31,493 nt of DNA from Candidatus Brocadiaceae bacterium (GTDB lineage Bacteria > Planctomycetota > Brocadiia > SM23-32). The position numbers were made by a program, and so were the translations under genes. Shown one piece after another: positions 1-7,759 of the stretch (positions are counted from its first letter, which is position 1; the number at the start of each line of letters is the position of its first letter). The notes under the pieces were generated by a model, which was not told the origin of the DNA, made no database searches, and saw only the letters and a list, made by a program, of their open reading frames with translations. Location: positions 1 to 31,493 of the forward strand of contig JAUWZH010000001.1 in assembly GCA_030615435.1 (NCBI GenBank), in the 5' to 3' direction.

Positions 1-1
1 C

Positions 2-790
2 GACATTTTCCAGGCCAATCTGTCCCAGCGCTTCGAGGGCCCGTGCCCGGCCGACGGGCTGGACATTTACGAGAGGCTCCGCGCAATCAACCCGGCGCCC
101 TTTTCGGCGTACTTGCGCTACCCCGGCTTCGAGATCATATCGTCCTCGCCCGAGCGCTTCCTCTTTCTTGAAGGAGACCGAGTGGTCACCCGCCCCATCA
201 AAGGCACTCGCCCGCGGTTGGAAGGGGACCGGACCTTCAACCGCCGCATGAGCCGGGAGCTGCTCGGCTCGGCGAAAGACCACGCCGAGCTGGCAATGAT
301 CGTGGACCTCGAGCGCAACGACCTGGGCCGGGTCTGCCGCTACGGCACGGTGCGCGTGGCCGAACACGCCGTCCTTGAGGCATACCCGACGGTCTATCAT
401 CTGGTCTCGACGGTCGAGGGGCGCCTCTACCGGGAGCATCACGACGAGTTCTCGCTGATCCGGGCCACCTTCCCCGGAGGCTCGATCACGGGCGCCCCGA
501 AGATCCGAGCCATGGAGATCATCGAAGAGCTCGAACCCCACGCCCGCGCGCTCTACACAGGCAGCATCGGCTACGTGTCCTTCCACGGGAGGATGGACCT
601 CAACATCGTGATCCGCACGATGCTCAAGATCGGAGGCCGCATCTACATGCAGGTCGGCGGGGGGATCGTGGCGGACTCCGAACCCGAACTGGAGTTCCAG
701 GAAACCCTCCACAAGGGCAAGGCGCTCTTCCTCGCCGTCGGCGCGGAGAACTACGAGGAGATCATGGAAGTGGCCGCGCATGAAGGCTGA
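2..790 (+). CDS. pabB: Aminodeoxychorismate synthase component I / anthranilate synthase component I family, 5'-truncated by window edge
   Basis: Frame is open from nt 2 (DIFQANLSQRF...NPAPFSAYL). It contains SSPERFL, TRPIKGTRPR, KDHAELAMIVDLERNDLGRV, FPGGSITGAPKIRAMEII and YTGSIGY, typical chorismate-binding motifs. Overlaps the downstream class IV aminotransferase, which favours pabB over trpE. Confidence 0.85.
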   Translation, partial: DIFQANLSQRFEGPCPADGLDIYERLRAINPAPFSAYLRYPGFEIISSSPERFLFLEGDRVVTRPIKGTRPRLEGDRTFNRRMSRELLGSAKDHAELAMIVDLERNDLGRVCRYGTVRVAEHAVLEAYPTVYHLVSTVEGRLYREHHDEFSLIRATFPGGSITGAPKIRAMEIIEELEPHARALYTGSIGYVSFHGRMDLNIVIRTMLKIGGRIYMQVGGGIVADSEPELEFQETLHKGKALFLAVGAENYEEIMEVAAHEG

Positions 791-1679
791 ACACGTATAC
801 CTGAACGGCACAATTCTGCCCCGCTCGGAGGCGAAAATATCGGCCGCCGACCGCGGGTTTCTCTACGGTGACGGTTTCTTTGAGACCGCCCGGATCGTGG
901 CCGGGACGCCATTCCGGCTCGGCCAACACGTGGAGCGCCTGAACCGATCCTGCCTGGAAGCGAAATGGGACCGAGAAATGGACGGGGAGCGGATCGAGGA
1001 GGCCGTCGCCGCCCTGGTGCGCCGCAACGAGGTGGCGGAGGGCTACCTGCGCATCACCGCCAGCCGTGGTCCCCATCGGGGGGAGCTCATGGCGCTGGAA
1101 GCGCTGGAGCCCACGCTGCTCGTCGAGGCCCGGCCGATGGAGCTGCCCCCGCTCGACGCGCCGCCCCCCTACACCCTCATCCGATCGCCCTACCGGCTGA
1201 ACGAGCGCTCGCCGCTGGTCCGCCACAAGGCCACCAGCTACCAGGCGAACCTGCTCGCCCTCGCCGAGGGGCGCCGCAGGGGAGCGGATGAGGTGTATTT
1301 CCTCAACTCGCAGGGTCACCTGACCGAGGGAGCCATCACAAACCTGTTCTTCGTCCGGTCCGGAAAGGTCTGCACACCGGACGTGGAGTGCGGGCTGCTG
1401 CCCGGCATCACCCGGGGCGTCGTGATGGAACTGTGTGTGCGGCACGCGGTCCCCTGGGAGACCGGACACTACGAGGAGGAAGAGCTCGGGCTCGCCGATG
1501 AGGTGTTCTGCACCAACTCCCTGCGGGGGATTGTGCCGGTAGAGGCCATTGTGGAGGTGCGAGAACATTTCGCCGAGCGCCCCCTCACCACGCGGCTTCA
1601 GCGCCTTTACGCCGCCCTGGTGCGGGCAGAATGCGCAGACGCGGGGGAGGCCGGAGGGCGACGCTCCGCCCACCCGTAG
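780..1679 (+). CDS. pabC: PLP-dependent aminotransferase class IV (4-amino-4-deoxychorismate lyase / IlvE-like)
   Basis: DRGFLYGDGFFET, YLRITASRG, HKATSY (PLP Lys), TEGAITNLF, LLPGITR, DEVFCTNS; 11-nt overlap with pabB. Confidence 0.8.
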   Translation: MKAEHVYLNGTILPRSEAKISAADRGFLYGDGFFETARIVAGTPFRLGQHVERLNRSCLEAKWDREMDGERIEEAVAALVRRNEVAEGYLRITASRGPHRGELMALEALEPTLLVEARPMELPPLDAPPPYTLIRSPYRLNERSPLVRHKATSYQANLLALAEGRRRGADEVYFLNSQGHLTEGAITNLFFVRSGKVCTPDVECGLLPGITRGVVMELCVRHAVPWETGHYEEEELGLADEVFCTNSLRGIVPVEAIVEVREHFAERPLTTRLQRLYAALVRAECADAGEAGGRRSAHP

Positions 1680-1686
1680 CCCCCCA

Positions 1687-1708
1687 GGGGCGGGCTTAAG
1701 CTCCCCCC
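1687..1708. terminator. GC-rich hairpin just after the pabC stop (possible terminator or stabiliser; no U-tract)
   Basis: GGGGCGGGCTTAAGCTCCCCCC is an imperfect inverted repeat 8 nt after the stop codon. Confidence 0.3.
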
Positions 1709-1749
1709 CGCAGGGGGTCACCATGTCCTGGCAAAGAAACTCTTTCTTC

Positions 1750-1778
1750 TTGACACCCCGCTGCGGTGGGGTTAAACT
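1750..1778 (+). promoter_or_regulatory. Sigma70-type promoter of the beta-propeller lipoprotein gene
   Basis: TTGACA (1750-1755), 17-nt spacer, TAAACT (1773-1778). Confidence 0.7.
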
Positions 1779-1867
1779 CCATCGTTCGCGGTGAGGGCGA
1801 CCGTGGGCGCGGCCGCCAGGTTTCCCGGAGGAGGGGGTTCGCCTGACAGGGACCGGAGGATTGCCAA

Positions 1868-3022
1868 ATGAGGATCCATCGCAAGGACCTTATGGGATTC
1901 GTTGTCGTGGTGACGGTGCTGCTGTTGGGTTGCGAGATGGTGTGCGGGCGGCTGGCCGGGCGCGAGATATCCGAACCGCGGCCCACAGCGCGGGCGGGTA
2001 AGGTCATTGATCCAGCCAACATCCAGCTCGACCTGGAAGCGGAAGGGTTGAAAGTGTGGTGGCGGCAGGACATCGGGCAAGTCGCCGGAGGCAAGAATCT
2101 CAGACATATCTACTTGCTGGACAACCTGCTGGCGGCGGAGACGCTTGACGGGACCCTGTTCTACTTCGATGCGACCACGGGGGTCTGGACCGGCATCACG
2201 CGCCTGAAGTCCTCTCTGCTTGCGCCCCCGGCGATCCACGAGAAGACCCTGTATGCGGTCTCCGGGCGCGCCCTGCTGATGGTCAATCGCGAATCCGGTC
2301 TGATTGAGAAGCGTCTGCTCGCGCAGATGCCGGTCTCCTGCCAGCCCCTTCCGTTCTACGACTTCCTCATCCTGAGCGGCGGGAACGGGGACATAGTCTG
2401 CCTGGATCCGCAAGAGGACGGCAGACGCATATGGCGGGTCAGAGCCGGCGGCTCAGTTGACGAACCTCCGCTGCTCAGAGATGCACGCATTTACGCGGTC
2501 GGCTACAAAGGGAAGGTAGTGGCGATTCCCGTGCACACAGGGATCGTGCGCTGGGACTGGAGGCCAAAAGCCCCGTCCAAATTGATCTCCGGCCTGGCAC
2601 TGGCCGAGGGCTATCTCAGCGTGGGAGATAACAGGGGATTCGTTTACCGCCTGACGGCAGAAGACGGCATCTTCGTGTGGAAGTACCCGGCTGGCGCGCC
2701 CGTTGTGGCCACTGCGCCCATCGGCGAAAAGCTCCTGGTATTCACCCACCGTGGCGGGGTCCTTTGCCTGGATGTCGCCGGAGTGGAGCCTGAGCTTCTG
2801 TGGAAGCATCCCGACGGCCTGAAGCTCATCGCCACGGGAAAACGCGACGTCTACATGCTGACCTCCGATCGCTGCGTGACGTGCGTCTCTCTGAAGAGTG
2901 GCAAGGAAAAATGGCGCCTGCCGCTGGCCGAAGACTGCGCCGTCGTGTCCGAGCCCTCTGAACCTGCTTTCTACGTGTCGCAGGCCCGCGGCGCCATAAT
3001 GGCCATCAGGGAACTGGATTAA
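1868..3022 (+). CDS. PQQ-like beta-propeller repeat lipoprotein (BamB-like)
   Basis: SD GGAGGA at 1855-1860. Hydrophobic N-terminus ending in lipobox LLGC. Repeated Trp-docking units (GRRIWRVRA, GIVRWDWRP, GIFVWKYPA, SGKEKWRLPL). Confidence 0.75.
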   Translation: MRIHRKDLMGFVVVVTVLLLGCEMVCGRLAGREISEPRPTARAGKVIDPANIQLDLEAEGLKVWWRQDIGQVAGGKNLRHIYLLDNLLAAETLDGTLFYFDATTGVWTGITRLKSSLLAPPAIHEKTLYAVSGRALLMVNRESGLIEKRLLAQMPVSCQPLPFYDFLILSGGNGDIVCLDPQEDGRRIWRVRAGGSVDEPPLLRDARIYAVGYKGKVVAIPVHTGIVRWDWRPKAPSKLISGLALAEGYLSVGDNRGFVYRLTAEDGIFVWKYPAGAPVVATAPIGEKLLVFTHRGGVLCLDVAGVEPELLWKHPDGLKLIATGKRDVYMLTSDRCVTCVSLKSGKEKWRLPLAEDCAVVSEPSEPAFYVSQARGAIMAIRELD

Positions 3023-3248
3023 GGTCCCGGTTGCTGCCGTCCGCTCGGTTTCGTCTCGGGGCCGGCATGGCTGTGGCAACTCGATCCCGTTGAGGGCGGT
3101 TGGCGGGAATGCGGGACGGACCCTCCCCACGAGGCGCGCCCTCATGCGGCCCTCCGAGATTGCCCGCAACTACGCCGCTGGACCGCCCAGGTCCCATTCG
3201 ACGGCGCTCTCAGCGTAGCGTAGAACCACCCGCATGCCGGAAGCATGG

Positions 3249-3282
3249 AAAAACCCCGCCTACCACAAAAGGCGGGGCTTTT
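3249..3282 (-). terminator. Intrinsic terminator, best for the minus-strand histone transcript and possibly bidirectional
   Basis: Perfect 8-bp stem CCCCGCCT (3254-3261) / AGGCGGGG (3270-3277) with an 8-nt loop. T5 follows on the minus strand and CTTTT on the plus strand. Confidence 0.75.
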
Positions 3283-3447
3283 CTACGTGCCTTCAAGGCG
3301 GCCCCCGAACCGCCAAATACTGTAACCGCCCCGGAAAAACTCCTCAGGGCCGGTCCGTCTACAGATCGTCGCAAGTGACCACCGTGCCAAGGCTCCCAAT
3401 GCCCCCTTGGGAGGCCGGCAGCAGGGGCGAACCGGGGATTTGCGCCC
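3283..3447 (-). ncRNA. Candidate structured RNA or long structured 3' UTR between the histone stop and the terminator
   Basis: No credible ORF. Several stems visible (GGGCG/CGCCC, CTCCCA/TGGGAG, GGCGG/CCGCC) and ends that can pair (CTGCTGCC/GGCACGTAG). Family not identified. Confidence 0.3.
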
Positions 3448-3642
3448 TTACACGTCTTTCGCCTGAACTGTCTTCCGGCCGTTCGCCTGGGCGCGCTCCG
3501 CCGCTCTGTCAAGGCATTCGTAGAGGCTCTCGTTGGCCGCTTCCAGCACTTCCGCCGAACACATGAGGCCCTTCGACTTGATGTAGGCCTTCGCCTTAGA
3601 ACTGACTACCAGCATCTCTCTGCACTCCCCGCTCTTGGCCAT
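3448..3642 (-). CDS. Bacterial histone-fold protein (Bd0055/HBb-like single histone fold), 64 aa
   Basis: MAKSGECREMLVVSSKAKAYIKSKGLMCSAEVLEAANESLYECLDRAAERAQANGRKTVQAKDV. Has LVVxSKxKxxIK (alpha1), a long alpha2 and the histone L2/alpha3 signature A-x-x-x-G-R-K-T-V-x-x-x-D. ATG at 3642 with SD GGAGG upstream. Confidence 0.85.
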   Translation of the reverse strand: MAKSGECREMLVVSSKAKAYIKSKGLMCSAEVLEAANESLYECLDRAAERAQANGRKTVQAKDV

Positions 3643-3705
3643 AAAAAAACCTCCCAATCCTTGAAAAAAGGTCTACCGAAAAAGCCCGCTTGCGACGTTC
3701 CATGG

Positions 3706-3733
3706 ATATTATCACCTGTACGAGCCGAGTCAA
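3706..3733 (-). promoter_or_regulatory. Sigma70-type promoter of the histone gene
   Basis: Minus strand TTGACT (3733-3728), 16-nt spacer, TAATAT (3711-3706). Confidence 0.6.
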
Positions 3734-4009
3734 GCGCAAAATCGGCGAAAACAGGGAATTTCGGCAGGAATCGCGCATCTCGCGCCTGCTGAGGCACGCC
3801 ACTGTGGCCTGGCGCCCCCCTTGGCCGGGGAAAGGCGCTTGGAAAATGAACGACGGAAGGTCGACTGAAAGTCAGAGGATCGGGAATCGCCTCAGGCGCT
3901 TCTGTGTCGCGTGCGCTGTCCCGGTTTGCAGGCGCGAGCGCGGTGCACTAAACTAATGAAGCGGGCTCGCAAGGCGGGGGAAAACAGCGCCGGCAGCGGG
4001 GACGGAGCC

Positions 4010-5011
4010 ATGTCGGAGCAGGGAGAAAAGCTGACGCGGCGAGGTTTCCTGGCTTACGCCGCAGCCTCTGGAGCGGCGTTGGCGGGCCTGCGCGCACTGT
4101 CGCGCTGGCAGAGGCCTTTCGTGCTGAGGGGGCACGCCCCCTCGCAAATGCGCCCCGGGTTGGCGATCGTTCACGGAAGCGCTCCTTTGCCCGCCCGGGA
4201 GGCGGAACTGGTCGGGAGAATGACGCGCTCGGCGGTCGCAGCGCTGGGAGGGATGCAGAAACTCGTCCGGCCGGGCTCCACCGTGATCGTCAAGCCCAAC
4301 ATCGCCTGGGTGCGCTCCCCCGAGCTCGCCGCCAACACGAATCCCTGGGTGGTGTCGGCGATCGTGCAGATGTGCCGGGAGGCGGGGGCGCGCACCGTGA
4401 GGGTGATGGACCGCACCATCTCTCGGAACCCCCGCCCCTCCTACGAGGCGAGCGGCATCGAAAAGGCCGCCGCGGCAGCCGGGGCCGAGGTGGCTTACGT
4501 GGACGAGGCGCGGTTCGTTGAGGTTGAGATCCCCGGCGGTTTCGTGCTGAAGAGGTGGCCCTTCTGCGAAGAGTTCGTCAGCGCCGACGAGTGCGACGTG
4601 CTGATCAACGTGCCGATCCTCAAGGACCACGGCACGAGCCGCCTGACCATGGGCCTGAAGAATGCTTTCGGCATGGTCGGCGGCGAGCGGGGCGAGCTGC
4701 ATCGCCGGATTCACAGGAAAATCCCCGACCTGCACCGCGTGCTCAGGGTGGACCTGACGGTGCTGGACGCATACCGGGTGCTGCGCAAGCACGGGCCGAC
4801 CGGGGGGCGGCTGGAGGATGTGGATAACTCGCCCGATGGAGCACGACGCATCGTGGCCGGCACCGACCCCGTCGCGGTGGATGCCTACGGGGCCTCGCTG
4901 TTCGGCTACGGCCCGGACGAGATAGGGTTCGTCCAGCACGCCGAGGATGCCGGACTCGGGAAAGCGGACTGGCGTTCCCTCCTTCTCCACGAAGGGCAAA
5001 TTAGCCGCTGA
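4010..5011 (+). CDS. DUF362 domain protein with twin-arginine (Tat) signal
   Basis: ATG at 4010 after GGAG. LTRRGFL followed by a hydrophobic stretch. DUF362 motifs VIVKPN, TNPWVV, INVPILKDH, TMGLKNAFG and DPVAVD. Confidence 0.8.
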   Translation: MSEQGEKLTRRGFLAYAAASGAALAGLRALSRWQRPFVLRGHAPSQMRPGLAIVHGSAPLPAREAELVGRMTRSAVAALGGMQKLVRPGSTVIVKPNIAWVRSPELAANTNPWVVSAIVQMCREAGARTVRVMDRTISRNPRPSYEASGIEKAAAAAGAEVAYVDEARFVEVEIPGGFVLKRWPFCEEFVSADECDVLINVPILKDHGTSRLTMGLKNAFGMVGGERGELHRRIHRKIPDLHRVLRVDLTVLDAYRVLRKHGPTGGRLEDVDNSPDGARRIVAGTDPVAVDAYGASLFGYGPDEIGFVQHAEDAGLGKADWRSLLLHEGQISR

Positions 5012-5321
5012 GGCTCGCGGAATACGGACAGGCCGCCTCGACTGCGAAAAGCACGCTCTGCTGCACTTACCTTTCTCTCCGGGCAGCCCATCGGTCGCCC
5101 GATGCCACAGCGGCCCTCCCGAGAGGCCGACTGGCAGAGTTCCGCCTTCGCGAGTGCGGCGAAGCCTCGGCGGAGGAGCCTGGTGTGTCCTTTCGCCGCT
5201 CGCGGGGAGGGCACGTGGGCATGCCGCAAGGCCCCCTGATGCAGGGGCCGGCAGCAGGCACGCCGCCGTTCTTCCTCGGCAAAAAATGGGCTCAGCCCGA
5301 ACGTTCATTGCCGAGAATTCC

Positions 5322-5368
5322 TTGACCGCAGAGCAAAATCATGTTAGTATATTAGCACTTACTTAACG
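5322..5368 (+). promoter_or_regulatory. Sigma70 promoter of the arsR operon with an overlapping AT-rich putative ArsR operator
   Basis: TTGACC (5322-5327), 17 nt, extended -10 TGnTAGTAT (-10 at 5345-5350). Followed by the imperfect inverted repeat ATATTAGCACTTACTTAACG (5349-5368) over the expected start site. Confidence 0.6.
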
Positions 5369-5377
5369 AGGCCCATC

Positions 5378-5704
5378 GTGCGCGACGCTAGAAGACTCGC
5401 CAGAATATTCAAGGCCCTCTCGGTGGAAACTCGCGTGCGGATACTTCAGTTGCTCAAAGACCGCCCGCTGTGCGTCGGCGCTCTGGCGGCCAGATTGAGC
5501 GTCTCCTCCGGGGCCGTGAGCCAGCATCTGCGCATCCTTCGCGATGCCGACCTGGTGGTGCCTGACAAGCGAGGTTACTTCGTGCACTACCACCTGAACG
5601 AAGAGACGCTGGCAGAGTGGAAACGAATGGCGGACGTCCTGCTCTCGAAGCAGGAGGGTTCAAAGTGCTGTGGGGGGATTCCCAGAGCGCTACCTGAAAA
5701 GTGA
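5378..5704 (+). CDS. ArsR/SmtB family transcriptional repressor
   Basis: IFKALSVETRVRILQLL, LCVGALA, VSQHLRILRDADLV and RGYFVHYHLN winged-helix pattern; C-terminal KCCGG. Confidence 0.9.
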   Translation: MRDARRLARIFKALSVETRVRILQLLKDRPLCVGALAARLSVSSGAVSQHLRILRDADLVVPDKRGYFVHYHLNEETLAEWKRMADVLLSKQEGSKCCGGIPRALPEK

Positions 5705-5718
5705 AAGGAGCGATTGGC

Positions 5719-5868
5719 ATGTGTAACAGGGAGAAGGCGAAATCGCAGGGATGTCGCAACCCGGACCAGTCCAAGGGCGATCCCAAGGAGTGCAGTCCCG
5801 AACAGATAAGAGAATGTCACGGCGACCTCGGAGGACATCCGTGCGTTGAGCCGGCTGAGGATAGTTGA
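5719..5868 (+). CDS. Small Cys/His-rich peptide (49 aa), candidate metal-binding peptide; absent from the ORF track
   Basis: SD AAAGGAG at 5704-5710. Translates as MCNREKAKSQGCRNPDQSKGDPKECSPEQIRECHGDLGGHPCVEPAEDS (5 Cys, 2 His). Lies between arsR and the ABC genes on the same strand. Confidence 0.75.
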   Translation: MCNREKAKSQGCRNPDQSKGDPKECSPEQIRECHGDLGGHPCVEPAEDS

Positions 5869-5960
5869 CAGCGCATGCGGGGCAGAGGCGATGTGCTGCG
5901 CGGAGGGGGGGCGGGCCTGGTCCCCCACAGCCTGTGGCTCCCGTTTGAGCAGGAGATACG

Positions 5961-6893
5961 TTGAGCATGGAGAACGTCATTGAGGCGCGCGGCCTTGTGC
6001 GCCGCTACGGTGAGCTCCTCGCAGTGGACCGCGTGAGTTTCCAGGTGCGCCGCGGCGAGGTCTTCGGCTTCCTTGGTCCCAACGGAGCCGGCAAGACCAC
6101 AACCGTGAGGATGCTGACCGGGGTGATTCTTCCTTCGCAGGGGACCGCTCTGGTTGACGGCCACGACGTGGTCCGTGAGGCCGTGGCAGCCCGTGAGCAC
6201 ATCGGAACCGTTCCGGAGGAGGCCAATGTCTACGCGGACCTGACGGTCTGGCGGAACCTGATGCTGATGGCTGAGCTGCACGGGGTGCCGCGGGTCAGGC
6301 GCACGAAGCGGGGCAAGGAGCTGCTGGAGCTGTTCGGGCTCTCCGATAGGACCGGGCAGAAAGGGAGGGCTCTCTCCAGAGGGCTGCGTAAGCGCCTCAT
6401 GCTGTGCATGGCGTTGATCGGCGAGCCGACGGTGCTGTTTCTGGATGAGCCCACCAGCGGGCTCGATGTCGCCAGCGCGAGGCTGATCCGGGAGCTCATC
6501 GTCAGGATGAATCGCCGGCAGGGCATGACCGTCTTCCTGACCACCCACAACATCGAGGAGGCGGACCAGCTCTGTCACCGCATTGCGATCATCAACAGGG
6601 GGCGCATCATTGCGACGGACACGCCCGAGGCGCTGCGGCGCCGGTTCGAGGCCGTTCGGTCGGTCGAGGTCAGTCTCGCCGGCGAGGGCGTGGACGCGAA
6701 GGCGCTTTCGAGCCTGGAGGGGGTGAGCGAAGTCGAACGGCTGGCCGGCGGCTTTCGGCTGTTGACAAGCGAGCCGGGCCGGGTGGCGCAGCAGGTCGCG
6801 TGGCTGACGCGGCAGAAGGGAGTGCCCATTCGGACCCTGCGCACCTGCGAACCCAGCCTTGAGGATGTGTTTCTGCGTATCACAGAGGATTAG
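5961..6893 (+). CDS. ABC transporter ATP-binding subunit (DrrA/NodI-like exporter)
   Basis: Walker A GPNGAGKTT, signature LSRGLRKR, Walker B LFLDEPT, H-loop TTHNIEEA. Start is TTG 5961 or ATG 5967; SD AGGAG at 5951-5955. Confidence 0.9.
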   Translation: MSMENVIEARGLVRRYGELLAVDRVSFQVRRGEVFGFLGPNGAGKTTTVRMLTGVILPSQGTALVDGHDVVREAVAAREHIGTVPEEANVYADLTVWRNLMLMAELHGVPRVRRTKRGKELLELFGLSDRTGQKGRALSRGLRKRLMLCMALIGEPTVLFLDEPTSGLDVASARLIRELIVRMNRRQGMTVFLTTHNIEEADQLCHRIAIINRGRIIATDTPEALRRRFEAVRSVEVSLAGEGVDAKALSSLEGVSEVERLAGGFRLLTSEPGRVAQQVAWLTRQKGVPIRTLRTCEPSLEDVFLRITED

Positions 6894-6907
6894 GGAGCAC
6901 AGAGCCG

Positions 6908-7684
6908 GTGAATGAACGCCACCGACACGGCAGGCGGCCTGCGTGGCGGCGTGAGCTGCACGGCATCTACGTCATTGCCAAGAAGGATGCGATGATCTAT
7001 TACGTGCAGCCGCCGGTATTGATCTTCGGCGTGCTGTTTCCCATTTTCGTTTTCCTGGCCTTCGTCGTGGGCCGGGACGTGGCGCCGGAGACGGTTGTGC
7101 CCGGGATGCTGGCCATGGCGCTGTTTTTCACGGCCTCTGCGATGGGGCCGCTCGTGACGCCCTGGGAGCGAAGGGCGAGGACCTACGAACGCCTCATCTC
7201 CAGTCCAGTCTCTCAGTTGTCGCTCATCCTGGGGGACGTGCTGGCAGGAGCGTGTTTCGGTGTGGTGCTCTCGCTGCTGCCGCTGGCTTTGGGCTGGGGC
7301 CTTACCGGCGCATCGCTGTCCAGGCCCGTGTTGCTGCCCGGGGCCATCGCGCTTTCTGCGCTGTGCTTCGCCGCGCTTGGCTCCCTTCTTTCGGCCCCGC
7401 CGACAGACAACCCGTCGCAGGTGATGATGCTGTCCAATCTCGTACGACTTCCCCTTATTTTCATCAGCGGCGTCTTCGTGCCGCTCGCTGAGATGCCCGC
7501 CTGGAGCCGGCCGTTGGTCCCCCTCTCTCCCCTTTCATACTGCACGGACATGGTGCGGGCGGCCTTCGGAACACAGAGCTACTTTCCTCTGTGGCTCGAC
7601 CCGCTGATGCTCGCCGCCTTCACCGGGGCATTTCTCGTGGTCGGCCTGTTCTTCCACCGGCGGGCCCGCGCGAAGGCCCTCTGA
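6908..7684 (+). CDS. ABC-2 type transporter permease
   Basis: About six hydrophobic segments, WERRARTYERLISSPVS, LIFISGVFVPLAEMPAWSRPLVPLSPLSY; follows the ATPase. Confidence 0.9.
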   Translation: MNERHRHGRRPAWRRELHGIYVIAKKDAMIYYVQPPVLIFGVLFPIFVFLAFVVGRDVAPETVVPGMLAMALFFTASAMGPLVTPWERRARTYERLISSPVSQLSLILGDVLAGACFGVVLSLLPLALGWGLTGASLSRPVLLPGAIALSALCFAALGSLLSAPPTDNPSQVMMLSNLVRLPLIFISGVFVPLAEMPAWSRPLVPLSPLSYCTDMVRAAFGTQSYFPLWLDPLMLAAFTGAFLVVGLFFHRRARAKAL

Positions 7685-7759
7685 GCGAGCAGCGCGGGCC
7701 AGGGCGAGAAGAATGCTTGCGGCGCGGCGGCTGCCGGACAAGTGGCCCTCCGGCCCAAT

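Noticed and set aside
762-1724. 320-aa minus-strand ORF opposite pabC
   Set aside because: Antisense shadow of a well-supported gene in high-GC DNA; no motifs.
3320-3329. CTGTAACCGC also present at 15901-15910 near the tRNA 3' end (possible att site)
   Set aside because: A 10-mer match is expected many times by chance in 31 kb; it is not part of the tRNA and does not bracket the island.
3340-3362. GACGGACCGGCCCTG (minus strand) resembling part of a SAM-I riboswitch
   Set aside because: The other SAM-I elements (ATCxAGAG, GCAACC, GGTGC) are absent and the site lies in a 3' region.
3023-3566. Short ORFs (3006-3197, 3100-3378, 3210-3512, 3234-3566) between the propeller and histone genes
   Set aside because: Pro/Arg/Gly-rich, no SD or motifs, and several cross the terminator.
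3953-5308. 451-aa minus-strand ORF
   Set aside because: Antisense shadow of DUF362 with no recognisable domain.
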